Part shown: piece by piece, positions 22,175-34,788 of the stretch
Layout: the number at the start of each line of letters is the position of its first letter
Position numbering within the stretch: the first letter of the stretch is position 1
From: Macrostomum hystrix
Lineage: Eukaryota > Animalia > Platyhelminthes
Assembly: GCA_950097015.1 (NCBI GenBank)
Contig: CATNEN010000001.1
Location: 9,920,001 to 9,984,000 of the forward strand
Direction of reading: 5' to 3'
Length of the DNA: 64,000 bases
Made by a program: the position numbers and the translations under genes
Notes under the pieces: model-generated
Databases searched by the model: none
What the model was told of the DNA's origin: nothing
The model's input: only the letters and a program-made list of their open reading frames with translations

Positions 22175-23166
22175 CTCCGTCGTTTAGCAGCTTCGCGAGC
22201 CCTAGTAGCGCTACGGTACATCCTTTCGAAGTCGCACAGCAGGCGCTGGTTAGCATCGTTGGCTAGCTCCAGCCAAGCTGAAAGATCCGCTGTGCGACTC
22301 TTGGCGTCAACCATTTGGACTTTGAGTGTTCGCATTCGCGTCTTCAACTTCTCGGTGGCATCGTTGGCTGACTGATCTCGAATGCCAATCAGTTTGAGAT
22401 GCTTGCGCAGCTGCTGCTCCTCGATGCCTTTCTGAGCCAGGTAGGTCCGAAGCTCGTTAGAAGTCTCGCGCAGCTCAGCAGTCTTGGCGCGGCACTCGGC
22501 TATGCAGCGACGCTTCTCGGCGTGAGCGCGCTGAGCGGCTTCCACGTCATGCCGCAGCTGCAGCCGCGACTTGAGGACGAAGCGTGAGATAAGAAGAACA
22601 TTTTAGCAAGATAAGCTTTTGAAGTGGAACCAATTAACCAGCTTGTTTGGGCTTGGGATCATTTTTAATAAGGATCAATTCTAAGTTTTTGTTTGAGTAG
22701 TGATCAATTTTGTTTGGAACCTTCTGATCAATCTATTCCAGGAAAGGTGGTTTGATTCTCAGGCTATTTGATGATGGCACGCCTAAATACTGACCTGCGA
22801 CATCCAGGTACTCATGCTTGCCCTGACATATCTAGCTGCGAGTTTTAGCTTCACGCCAGACAGGCCGCGATTGTTGGTCTGCATCTGGCGACCGTGATTA
22901 AAGTTCAGCACTTGCCTATCGTCAGCAATGATGGCATCGCACAACGGGCACTTTATACCGCTGGGTGATGCCGGACAAAGACCGTCAGGACAGCGCCAGG
23001 GCGAGTGATCGCCGCAGAGCAGGTGGGCGCAAGGCAGAATGAAGCCGTCATTGACCAGAGGCACATTGCAGCCAGACATGTTGCAGCGCAGAACCTGCAG
23101 AGCAGCGCCATTCCCTGATGGCTTTCTGGTGACAACAGTGCTGGTAGATATGAACGGCTGGGACAT
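21949..23166 (-). CDS. CCNB1IP1: HEI10/CCNB1IP1-like RING + coiled-coil protein; exons 23166-22795 and ~22569-21949
   Basis: LRCN..GC...L..GFILPCAHLLCGDH...CPLCD...GLSG...ASMSTWMSQ follows the HEI10 pattern CN..C...C.H..C..H...CP.C...GL...W.YQ. Donor CAG|GTCAGT at 22795, in-frame acceptor at 22569 (or 22557), then a coiled coil. Confidence 0.7.
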
Positions 23167-26100
23167 AGCTACTGGCAGTGCTGAAAAAAGCAAGCAGTTT
23201 TTTATATCAAACAAGTGCATAAATCTAAAAAAAGTAAAAAAAATTAAAAAAATAATAATAATACAGAAAAACACTAACCTATCAAGTAGTGCTTTTAAAA
23301 AGAACATGTTATGACATCGCAACAAAGTAAATTAATTAAAAAAACAATTTAGCTTTAAAATTACAAGCAATCAGTAATAAAAACCAGACTACTTGATAAA
23401 AAATCAAAGTAAATAATAGATTTTTCAGATTTCAATACCATTCTAAAGAATATACAACATTTTACATTGAAAATTATTAAGCGCATTCATATCTTTGAAT
23501 AACATTTAATGTAAGTTTAAACTTGATATGAAAGTATTCACTTTATATCCTTTAGGATTAAGCTTCTAGGTTTTTGAGACAATTAAAAACATTCTAAAAT
23601 ATAAAGAAACTTTTATATTTGAACTTTATTGATAATTACATGAATAATCTTGCAATTAAATAGATTATTTACATTACTTTTAGCAGAAATTATTTGTAAA
23701 GACTTTTTGCATGGGTAGACACCATGATAATTTTTTTTAATTATAGGATCTATAATTTGCACTCTTAAATTCTCAATAAATTTTAACAACTGGAAAGTAG
23801 AAACCAAACAGAAGATGCTAGCATAAAAGTAAAATCATAAATTATTAAATTGACAGAGCCTCTATTGAAAACATTTTTAGATTAAACATATTATTGGTGC
23901 ACCCAGTATCACTGATCCGCCTTTTTTACAGTTCCCTTTCTTTTTGAAGTAGTCATCAAAATATTTATTTTATTAGATATAGAATATACATCGAATTGTA
24001 AATAACTTTTTATTTGATATTATAAAATCTTGCATAGGCTTACAATAGGACTTGGAAACAAAATATGATATATGGGGTTCTCTATTGCAAATGCACTATA
24101 AGCATTTTTACATTTTCGAAACAAAAATACAAACATTTTTTTAACTTATATGGCTTAGATTTTTTTATTCCGTCTTACACATTCTGCGAATGATTTACAG
24201 TGTCACTCGTGTCACTAAAAAGTGACTAAGTCTAATCTTATTGTTATGTACTGATTGCGACTCTCGCGCGGCACGCAAGCTCGCAGACGAAAATTTTAAA
24301 TTGGCCAATTTTATATGTCGTAATTACTGTACGGTCGTCACAAATAACTCCGGAAAAATAAAATTAGGAACAAATGTCCACCAGATTCCTCATTTTTTTG
24401 TCGTATTGGTATTTGTATTACTTTTTTAAAGATAATATTATACGAGCAGAAGTGAGTAGCGAAATTGTGACAATACGAGTTTACACAGGTGATAATGGCG
24501 CCTTCCGAAAGCAAGGCATGTGTAAAAATATTTAAGGATTTAAAAAAGCTGGTAATTTTGCTCAGACAACTCCTACAGCTCTTTACTAATTTTTATGTAT
24601 ATATTTAGCTAGAAATCTACCACTTTTTTAAGCACGTGCAACTTTGATCCTAAAACAAAATCTGATGGCTCACGGTAAGATTGAACTTGTAAATCAAACA
24701 TTAATTACAAAAGAGCCACACAACACAGGATACATTTGTACCTAATTATGTGTTTCTACTAAATATTACTGTGGCGTACGAGTATTTACGAGAAAATTCT
24801 TATATTCATCTTTTTTGAAATATGAATAACTCAAGGAATAAAATATAAAATACGGATAGGCTACTCACAGTTAACAGTATAAATCAGACACGTAATGAAA
24901 AGTGAGGGCAATACAACCAAGTGGTTGTGCAATTATTCAATGCAATTTGGTAATGCATGTACAAAATTTTCTGCTGGTACTTGCTTTGCCCAGAGTAAGG
25001 GTAAGATTTATTCGCTGAAAACTCAATAGTACATGTAGTGCCTAGGGTGGATTGCGAGACAGAGAAGAACGGCTAACTGCAGCTACTCTTTGCCTCCAAG
25101 ATCGATAAATTAGACGGTTAACCCAACTATATGTCAACTTCTGTGGCCCACCCCGTGGCGACCCCTGATTGGCTGTCCTGGGGTAGACTTTAGGGTGTTC
25201 GACTGGGGGTTTAGACCGACGCTAATCAAGATAAACAGAGATAAGCAGCAAGAAATAGATATTTTATTAATTGAATAGCACATTTACTTGGGGTGCAGTT
25301 TACTTATTTCACCTCGCAAGACTAAATATCATGGTACATTAAGATAATTGAGTTTGCTGCCATATATTATAAACATACTATATGCAAACACAGTACCTTT
25401 AAAGGGAACCTGTTGGTTCTTATGACCTGGTCTAATCAGACTAAACATTTGAATCCTAACGATACGCTCGTAAAAGCGACCAGCATTGGCTGTGGAATTA
25501 TACATAAAAGAGCTGAGGCTGGGTAGAAATGAGGCATCGAGAGATGGGACAGGGGGATATCAGACAAGACTGAGGCTAGAAAGTGAGATATTGGATTTGA
25601 GAGAGCGGATATAGGAAAGATAAGATGGGTCCGTGATGAAAGAGGGCAGAAACGCATTATTTTCTTAACAGTAATTATAACATGTCTCTCTTGAATTAAA
25701 ACAAAATTCCTCTGCTTGAAGGCAGATATATATTTTATATAACCTTGGACTGGGATGCGAACTTTCGACCTCTTAGTCAGAAGTGCAAAGCTTCCTTGTT
25801 GCAGCATAACAAAGTTCATAATCTATTTTTTAAGTTAGATGGAACAATGGGATTTGAAGTTATACGAGTACTATTAGATGTAAAGCAAGCCCAAAGTACT
25901 GTAGAAGTGCAATACATTCTATTATTTATGACAGGCATATAAATTCACTCAAGCTATAGTGAGATAGAGATGCATGATCATATTCACAGCCTGTAACTGC
26001 ATGGAGCTAGTATTGTACATAACTAGTCTACATGACTCGATCCTCTCACGTACAGTTTTTCTTAGACGAAATGATTTCTACCATCTATGTAGGCCTAGCC

Positions 26101-26379
26101 TGCCCTAATCCCCTCTCCCAATGTCCCAGCGACTAGCTGAAATCATGCGCATGACATCCGAACAGGAAGATGGAATTTGTTGTTATAGAATACACGGTAC
26201 AATGTACCATGCATATATACACATATCATGTTATATACACATATCTTGAACACACTTTTCTCTTTACTTAGCTCAAACTCAGTCAACGTTTTCGATAAAT
26301 TGCGTTGAAATTGCGATAAATGAAAGAATTTCAATTCTTTCTAAGTTCGTTTAATAAAGCACTCGGAGTTGAAGAGAGC

Positions 26380-26545
26380 ATATTTCATAACCAAAATACT
26401 AACTTGTTCGTTTGAGCTCGATTAGAAGCGCATATTCCTTATGAGAATACATTATGTAGTAAGTGCGAAATTAAAGTGGAAAACGAGTTCCACTTCTTAT
26501 TTAAGTGCATTTGAGATAGGTATAGCCCCGCATGTTCGAATTTTG
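26380..26545 (+). pseudogene. Relic of non-LTR ORF2 C-terminal zinc knuckle
   Basis: Translates IPYENTLCSKCEIKVENEFHFLFKC, homologous to 44124-44441. Confidence 0.65.
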
Positions 26546-26832
26546 AAAATAAAAGTTGTACTTTTATAGAGTCGTATTTTTAACTCCTATGCGCTTCCCT
26601 AACCAATTAAAATTCTTTCTATTTTTTACAACACTTCGATTTTTTCTCTTCTTTTTCGATTAATTTACTTATAGATGGCGTGCGCGTTTAAAACTGAAAT
26701 AAAAATATCGTACTCACGCAGTATTTCACTCCTTCAATAAAACAAATGTATTACAGTAGTATGTAGTGTCAAAGTAGAGCGCGAACTTTTAATGAATGAT
26801 TTATTGAATTCTTATATACAATATATTTACAG

Positions 26833-27120
26833 GGCTGTAGACTAGTGGCAACAGCGTCGAACTCACGACTTGAAGGTCAGAGGTTCGATTCCCAACTCCA
26901 CGGAAGAAGTTTGTGTCCTTCCGCAAGACACTTAGCTCTGAATTGCTTCAGTTCACCCAGCTGTTAAATGGGTACCAGCATCAGCTAGGGTAATTGATGG
27001 TGGGTGTGGCGTCCCCCAGTCCATGGACTGAACAGCCGTACGCAGCCTTCAGATGCGCCACGCAATTGCTGCGCTGTGCTGTCGGCTGCATATCTGGCCC
27101 AAAAGGGGCAGGTGTAATAA
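26833..27120 (+). mobile_element. tRNA-headed SINE family B with CORE-like central domain
   Basis: A-box-like TAGTGGCAAC and B-box GGTTCGATTCC. The central GTGTCCTTCCGCAAGACACTTAGC...CTTCAGTTCACCCAGCTGTTAAATGGGTA resembles the CORE (MIR-type) domain. A second copy lies at 14.2 kb. Confidence 0.75.
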
Positions 27121-27677
27121 GTTATTAGCATTTTTTTACCGAATCAATTTCTTTGTTTGAAATTCAAGGAAGATCTTTATCTGCAGAAATAGCATGCTGG
27201 CAGATAATTGCAAAGCCTCCACATATGTTAGTTATGATATAAGTTAGCTAAGTTAAAGCCATGATTCACGTTCCTGTATCCTGCCTGTGTAGTTTTACTG
27301 CTATGCATATCGGAAGGCGTTTTTGTAACCGTAGAACACCAGAAAAATAATTAATTAACTTTGTGTAACTAAGGCGATCTACATACTATATGGCATACTT
27401 GTGTGTTGCCTGCCTGTGTGTTCTAGCCTGCCAATTTTGTTGCATTGTTGCTTGCATACAAATTCATTTGTACTTTTCAAGCATTAGCTTCTATCTAACA
27501 CGTGTTCAGGCCAAAACTGTTCATAAAAAAATAAAAACACTGAAATACTATATCGCATATGCTTGAGAACAACATAAAAGAATGCAAAAATGATGAATCC
27601 TGTAATATGTATGCTAATTTATTTTTACTAATGGAACTATTTTCTGATTACTCGTAGAAAAAAAAAGATGAGCCTAA

Positions 27678-28685
27678 GGAGATTGAAGAGTGCCAAGAGG
27701 GATTGAAGAGTGCCAAGAGAGATTGAAGAGTGCCAAGAGGGATTGAAGAGTGCCAAGAGGGATTGAAGAGTGCCAAGAGGGATTGAAGAGTGCCAAGAGG
27801 GATTGAAGAGTGCCAAGAGGGATTGAAGAGTGCTAACAGAGATTGAAGAGTGCCAAGAAGGATTGAAGAGTGCCAAGAGAGCTTTAAGAGTGCCATGAGA
27901 GATTGAAGAGTGCTAAGAGGGATTGAAGAGTGCCAAGAGGGATTGAAGAGTGCCAAGAGGGATTGAAGAGTGCCAAGAGGGATTGAAGAGTGCCAAGAGG
28001 GATTGAAGAGTGCCAAGAGGGATTGAAGAGTGCTAACAGAGATTGAAGAGTGCCAAGAAGGATTGAAGAGTGCCAAGAGAGCTTGAAGAGTGCCAAGAGA
28101 GCTTGAAGAGTGCCAAGAGAGATTGAAGAGTGCCAAGAGGGATTGAAGAGTGCCAAGAGGGATTGAAGAGTGCCAAGAGGGATTGAAGAGTGCTAACAGA
28201 GATTGAAGAGTGCCAAGAAGGATTGAAGAGTGCCAAGAGAGCTTGAAGAGTGCCATGAGAGATTGAAGAGTGCTAAGAGGATTGAAGAGTGCCAAGAGAG
28301 ATTGAAGAGTGCTAAGAGGGATTGAAGAGTGCCAAGAGGGATTGAAGAGTGCTAACAGAGATTGAAGAGTGCTAACAGAGATTGAAGAGTGCCAAGAGGG
28401 ATTGAAGAGTGCCAAGAGAGATTGAAGAGTGCCAAGAGGGATTGAAGAGTGCTAACAGAGATTGAAGAGTGCTAACAGAGATTGAAGAGTGCCAAGAGGG
28501 ATTGAAGAGTGCCAAGAGGGATTGAAGAGTGCCAAGAGAGATTGAAGAGTGCCAAGAGGATTGAAGAGTGCCAAGAGGATTGAAGAGTGCCAAGAGGGAT
28601 TGAAGAGTGCTAACAGAGATTGAAGAGTGCTAACAGAGATTGAAGAGTGCTAAGAGGGATTGAAGAGTGCCAAGAGGATTGAAGA
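27678..28685. repeat. 20-bp minisatellite
   Basis: GATTGAAGAGTGCCAAGAGG, about 50 copies. Confidence 0.97.
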
Positions 28686-29231
28686 AATACGAACGAGAGC
28701 CAGTAAGGACTACAAGTTTAAGAATAGCCTAGATGTCTCAGAAAGGAAGAAGCAGTGCCATTGACAGGCGGACAGATGACCTAGTGAAGGCCCCAGTTGA
28801 CCGATCGCTGGAGTAAGAAAGAGCATATGCACTCAATCTTAGAAGAGTTTTCTGGTCGCCCCAAACAGCTCAAGAGATTCATAAGCTCGGGCTGCGCAGG
28901 ATGGGTGTCAGAATTAATTGAATTTCTGGAGCTAAAAAAGCTGCAGAAAGGTCAGTCTGTACTTGTCCCTGGGCGGCGTCGACAGTAGAATAACAAAAAT
29001 CTTAGAAAATGTTGGTGGGCTAAATCTCAGGAGGATTTTTCTATTTGCTGATGCTATAGATAGCAATCTCATAAAATGTGACGCACCCCTTCCTTCCCTG
29101 TTGGCTGTTTTGCTTTCAAAATCGTTGAGACTCGACCTGGGTGAAATATAGTCTAATGATTGTGTGCCAATAACTCCCAATGGACCGATATACCTAAGGG
29201 ATCTAAAAACTAGAATAGTAGAAACTGAAAT

Positions 29232-29710
29232 AAATATGAACACAGGGTGTGAGATATGAACACAGGGTGTGAGATATGAACACAGGATGTGAGATATGAA
29301 CACAGGGTGTGAGATATGAACACAGGGTGTGAGATATGAACACAGGGTGTGAGATATGAACACAGGGTGTAAGAAATGAACACAGGGTGTGAGATATGAA
29401 CACAGGGTGTGAGAAGGGTGTGAGATATGAACACAGGGTGTGAGATATGAACACAGGATGTGAGAAGGGTGTCAGATATGAACACAGGGTGTGAGATATG
29501 AACACAGGGTGTGAGATATGAACACAGTGTGTGGGATATGAACACAGGGTGTAAGAAATGAACACAGGGTGTGAGATATGAACGCAGGGTGTGAGAAGGG
29601 TGTGAGATATGAACACAGGGTGTGAGATATGAACACAGGATGTGAGAAGGGTGTCAGATATGAACACAGGGTGTGAGATATGAACACAGGGTGTGAGAAA
29701 TGAACACAGG
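29232..29710. repeat. 20-bp minisatellite
   Basis: GAGATATGAACACAGGGTGT with occasional 11-bp short units. Confidence 0.95.
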
Positions 29711-29864
29711 AAGTCTTAAAGTAATGATAGCCGCTTTAAATTTATTTGCAGAAAAAAAATTAAACAAAACTGCTTATGCTTAGAATACGCTTATAACAAT
29801 AATTAACTAAATCTTCGTACGAGCTGCAGTTTCATAAAGAACATCGTGAACTACTCCAGAGAGT

Positions 29865-31094
29865 CTACAAGTGCCTTTGTCGCGTAGAATCTAGACCCGA
29901 AGTCGGCAGACATGTCCTACAGAGCAGACAGTTGAGAATGCTGTACAGGAAATTCTGCAGGGCTGTACGGAACAGCTTATTAGCGTAGGCATAGATCAGA
30001 CTGTTGGTGCTAAAGTGCAGAATGTACAGCAGCTGAGCTGCCAGCCTTAACGCATTGTAGTACGCGTAGATGTGCTGCATGTTGGTGTGAAGGGTTGTAA
30101 ACAGCATCTGACCCATGGATAGGGCCACATAGTTTGGCAGATTAAATGCCAGATAGATGAAACAGAATCCCATCAACATGCGAGTGATCTGGCACTGATG
30201 CTTGCGCAGCTCCGGCTGCTGCTGCTGCTGCTGCTGCCGAGCATCGGCAATGCTCCCACCAGCGCTGCAGTTGCCGCAGCCTGCAGCTCCGCTGCCACTC
30301 GTCAGGCGTGTCGATGCAGCTCCGCAGCCGCCAGGCAGCATCTCTATGGCAACGGGATCCTGGAGTTCAGCAACACCTGGACAGCTGTTGAGGTTGCTGT
30401 CGCTGCTGACTTGTCGACCAGCTCCACTGCCCGCCCTGACGATGCTGCTGACTAGTCTGCGAACTCGGCACAGAATGAGGCAGTTCAGCAGAAGCAGGAT
30501 CAGGCCAGGCAGGAATGACACAATCAGAGCGTCGGCCAGCTGGAAAGCTCTGGCGTGATTGATGCCCGTTGGCACGCACATCATCGTGTTGTTGTGGCCG
30601 ACGGCGTGACCGAAGCCGACAGTCCAGCGGCAGTGCAGATTCCAGCCGATGGCTGCCGCCACGGCCAGCTTGATCAGCAGGCAGACCCGATGCGCGTTTC
30701 GCTTGCAGCCGGTCAGGCCGCTCGGCGCGCTCAGGAACAACAACCTGTCTATGGTAATAAGCACCAGCAGCCAGGGACTGAGCATTGAAGCCAGTCCGAA
30801 CAGGTAATTGGTTAGGAAGCAGGTGTACTGACTCCAGTTGTGCAGTCGGGTATAGCTCAGTGAGAAATAGAAGAGCAGCAGGAAGAAATCGTTAGCTGAT
30901 AGCAGGCGCAGTGTGGCAGACAGGTAGTGCCGCCTGACCGGCTCGCTCCAGAAGACGCAGAAATTAATTAAATTAGTTGTCATGCCCAGCAGTGCGAAGA
31001 ACATAGTGGCGTGCTGCAGCCAGCGAGTGTTTGGATAGCCAGTTGGACCGGAAGGGTCCATCGTGTCGTTGTTGATTAACAAGCTTTCATTCAT
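29865..31094 (-). CDS. Class A (rhodopsin-like) GPCR, probable peptide receptor, intronless (paralogue 1)
   Basis: Seven hydrophobic segments: TM1 G.TTN.IN, TM2 LSAND, TM3 ITIDRL, TM5 LPG, TM6 FNLPNY, TM7 NSLIY. N-glycosylation sites near the N-terminus; 409 aa. Confidence 0.9.
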   Translation of the reverse strand: MNESLLINNDTMDPSGPTGYPNTRWLQHATMFFALLGMTTNLINFCVFWSEPVRRHYLSATLRLLSANDFFLLLFYFSLSYTRLHNWSQYTCFLTNYLFGLASMLSPWLLVLITIDRLLFLSAPSGLTGCKRNAHRVCLLIKLAVAAAIGWNLHCRWTVGFGHAVGHNNTMMCVPTGINHARAFQLADALIVSFLPGLILLLLNCLILCRVRRLVSSIVRAGSGAGRQVSSDSNLNSCPGVAELQDPVAIEMLPGGCGAASTRLTSGSGAAGCGNCSAGGSIADARQQQQQQQPELRKHQCQITRMLMGFCFIYLAFNLPNYVALSMGQMLFTTLHTNMQHIYAYYNALRLAAQLLYILHFSTNSLIYAYANKLFRTALQNFLYSILNCLLCRTCLPTSGLDSTRQRHL

Positions 31095-31462
31095 TGTCGA
31101 TTGCAGAATAGTGAGGTGCAGGATTTTTGGATTTTTAAGGAGAAAAAATGTTTGAAATTAAATTTTGAATGCACGCGCTGCTATTCTGGGATAATAACTA
31201 ACCTTGGGATAACTCTGGAAGCTAGAAAACCTGGAATGTATAATTCAAGTTAAACACATTGGGAGCTTGTGTACATGGGCACAATGCTGCCCCAAATAAA
31301 CTGTGTCCACTGATTTCTGATTGGCTCGGAATTGGGTAAAGATTATTCAGCCCCCTTCCCCAATCCCCACTGTTTCTCCTCTCTTCCAATTTTTTTCTAC
31401 CGAAATTCGATCTGGACTTTTTTGATTTTATTCTTAGCCACCAACACTTCCTACCTGCATCT

Positions 31463-32747
31463 ATAGGGTGAGATGCAGGTAGGGAGTGGAATAGACAATA
31501 GGGTGAGATGCAGGTAGGGAGTGAAATAGACAATAGGGTGAGATGCAGGTAGGGAGTGGAATGAGACAGTAGGGTGAGATGCAGGTAGGGAGTGGAATAG
31601 ATAGTAGGGTGAGATGCAGGCAGAGAGTGGAATAGACAGTAGGGTGAGATGCAGGTAGGGAGTGGAATGAGACAGTAGGGTGAGATGCAGGTAGGGAGTG
31701 GAATGAGACAGTAGGGTGAGATGCAGGTAGGGAGTGGAATGAGACAGTAGGGTGAGATGCAGGCAGAGAGTGGAATGAGACAGTAGGGTGAGATGCAGGT
31801 AGGGAGTGGAATGAGACAATAGGGTGAGATGCAGGTAGGGAGTGGAATGAGACAGTAGGGTGAGATGCAGGCAGAGAGTGGAATAGACAGTAGGGTGAGA
31901 TGCAGGTAGGGAGTGGAATGAGACAGTAGGGTGAGATGCAGGTAGGGAGTGGAATAGATAGTAGGGTGAGATGCAGGCAGAGAGTGGAATAGACAGTAGG
32001 GTGAGATGCAGGTAGGGAGTGGAATGAGACAGTAGGGTGAGATGCAGGTAGGGAGTGGAATGAGACAGTAGGATGAGATGCAGGTAGGGAGTGGAATGAG
32101 ACAGTAGGGTGAGATGCAGGCAGAGAGTGGAATGAGACAGTAGGGTGAGATGCAGGTAGGGAGTGGAATGAGACAATAGGGTGAGATGCAGGTAGGGAGT
32201 GGAATGAGACAGTAGGGTGAGATGCAGGCAGAGAGTGGAATAGACAGTAGGGTGAGATGCAGGTAGGGAGTGGAATGAGACAGTAGGGTGAGATGCAGGC
32301 AGAGAGTGGAATAGACAGTAGGGTGAGATGCAGGTAGGGAGTGGAATGAGACAGTAGGGTGAGATGCAGGCAGAGAGTGGAATAGACAGTAGGGTGAGAT
32401 GCAGGTAGGGAGTGGAATAGACAGTAGGGTGAGATGCAGGTAGGGAGTGGAATGAGACAGTAGGGTGAGATGCAGGTAGGGAGTGGAATGAGACAGTAGG
32501 GTGAGATGCAGGTAGGGAGTGGAATGAGACAGTAGGGTGAGATGCAGGTAGGGAGTGGAATAGATAGTAGGGTGAGATGCAGGTAGGGAGTGGAATGAGA
32601 CAGTAGGGTGAGATGCAGGCAGAGAGTGGAATGAGACAGTAGGGTGAGATGCAGGCAGAGAGTGGAATGAGACAGTAGGGTGAGATGCAGGCAGAGAGTG
32701 GAATGAGACAGTAGGGTGAGATGCAGGCAGAGAGTGGAATAGACAGT
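31463..32747. repeat. 35/36-bp purine-rich minisatellite
   Basis: AGTAGGGTGAGATGCAGGTAGGGAGTGGAATGAGAC, about 36 copies. Confidence 0.97.
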
Positions 32748-33304
32748 GCAGTTTTAGGATTTGAAAATACAAAAGTCATGTTCAATTAAAGTCGGCAGAG
32801 TTGGCGGTAATAAATTTACTGCTGAGTGTTTTTATTTCAGCAAACTCAAAAGTCTTCAGCTGGTTCAGTTCCAGCAAATTTCACGACTCAAACGAGCTAT
32901 TTTATGATTATTGGGATTAAACAAAGCATTTAACTAAAATACTAATGTTGTTCTAAGCAGCTAGTGGGGTGGGAAGCTGTTGATTTGCAGACGACTTTTT
33001 TCCTAGTAGTGACAATGCCCTGGTCTCTACGCTATTGCGTGGAGGAGACTCCAGCGAGGCAGTCAAATAAAAAAAAATACCGTCGGAGACTAGAGCCTAG
33101 GAACAATCTGCATTGCCCATAACAGACTTTGTATCTGAATTCAACCAGTAGCTGCCACAGCCCTTGACTCGATTCCCTCAAAAGCGCTAAATACACAATA
33201 GCACAAACAGGAGCTATAATTAAAATACAGGCTTGCTGATCTCTAAATGAGTGCCTGTTTCGCTTTATGCATAATTAGCTCCTTGTGCCTCCCCACTCTA
33301 TAGA

Positions 33305-34788
33305 TATCACATTCTCCCATCTGTCTCCATAATCTCCCGATCTCCCATTCTCCCCTCTGGCTCCCCCACTCCCTAAATATCCAATTCTCCCCCCTGTCTC
33401 TCCCACTTCCTAAATCTCCCATTCTTCCCTCTGTCTCCCCCACTCCCTAAATCTCCCATTCTCCCCTCTGTCTCCCCCACTCCCTAAATCTCCCATTCTT
33501 CCCTCTGTCTCCCCCCACTCCCTAAATCTCCCATTCTCCCCTCTGTCTCCCCCACTCCCTAAATCTCCCATTCTCCCCTCTGTCTCCCCACTCCCCTGAT
33601 CTCCCAGTCTCCCCTCTGTCTCCCCCACTCCCTAAATCTCCCATTCTCCCCTCTGTCTCCCCCACTCCCTAAATCTCCCATTCTCCCCTCTGTCTCCCCA
33701 CTCCCCTGATCTCCCATTCTCCCCTCTGTCTCCCCCACTCCCTAAATCTCCCATTCTCCCCTCTGTCTCCCCACTCCCCTGATCTCCCAGTCTCCCCTCT
33801 GTCTCCCCCACTCCCTAAATCTCCCATTCTCCCCTCTGTCTCCCCCACTCCCTAAATCTCCCATTCTCCCCTCTGTCTCCCCACTCCCCTGATCTCCCAT
33901 TCTCCCCTCTGTCTCCCCCACTCCCTAAATCTCCCATTCTCCCCTCTGTCTCCCCCACTCCCTAAATCTCCCATTCTCCCCTCTGTCTCCCTCACTCCCT
34001 AAATCTCCCATTCTCCCCTCTGTCTCCCCACTCCCTAAATCTCCCATTCTCCCCTCTGTCTCCCCCACTCGCCAAATCTCCCATTCTCCCCTCTGTCTCC
34101 CCACTCCCCTGATCTCCCATTCTCCCCTCTGTCTCCCCCACTCCCTAAATCTCCCATTCTCCTCTCTGTCTCCCCCACTCCCTAAATCTCCCATTCTCCC
34201 CTCTGTCTCCCCACTCCCCTGATCTCCCATTCTCCCCTCTGTCTCCCCCACTCCCTAAATCTCCCATTCTCCCCTCTGTCTCCCCCACTCGCCAAATCTC
34301 CCATTCTCCTCTCTGTCTCCCCCACTCCCTAAATCTCCCATTCTCCCCTCTGTCTCCCCACTCCCCTGATCTCCCATTCTCCCCTCTGTCTCCCCCACTC
34401 CCTAAATCTCCCATTCTCCCCTCTGTCTCCCCACTCCCCTGATCTCCCATTCTCCCCTCTGTCTCCCCACTCCCTAAATCTCCCATTCTCCCCTCTGTCT
34501 CCCCGCTCCCTAAATCTCCCATTCTCCCCTCTGTCTCCCCACTCCCAAAATCTCCCATTCTCCCCTCTGTCTCCCCACTCCCTAAATCTCCCATTCTCCC
34601 CTCTGTCTCCCCGCTCCCTAAATCTCCCATTCTCCCCTCTGTCTCCCCACTCCCTAAATCTCCCATTCTCCCCTCTGTCTCCCCACTCCCTAAATCTCCC
34701 ATTCTCCCCTCTGTCTCCCCACTCCCTAAATCTCCCATTCTCCCCTCTGTCTCCCCACTCCCCTGATCTCCCATTCTCCCCTCTGTCT
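33305..34788. repeat. 36/37-bp pyrimidine-rich minisatellite
   Basis: CTCCCTAAATCTCCCATTCTCCCCTCTGTCTCCCCCA, about 40 copies. Confidence 0.97.

Noticed and set aside
23181-23190. Acceptor just upstream of the HEI10 ATG as a spliced-leader trans-splice site
   Set aside because: A plausible cis donor (AG|GTTAGT, ~23278) explains it as an ordinary 5' UTR intron.
26833-26900. tRNA genes here and at ~25750, ~43750, ~53130, ~61550
   Set aside because: A/B-box-like motifs are attached to SINE bodies or are degenerate, and I could not build a full cloverleaf.
28740-29200. Possible coding relic between two arrays
   Set aside because: No recognisable motif in the ORF-track translations covering it.
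33305-34788. Interstitial telomere
   Set aside because: TTAGGG occurs at most once per 36/37-bp unit and is never tandem.
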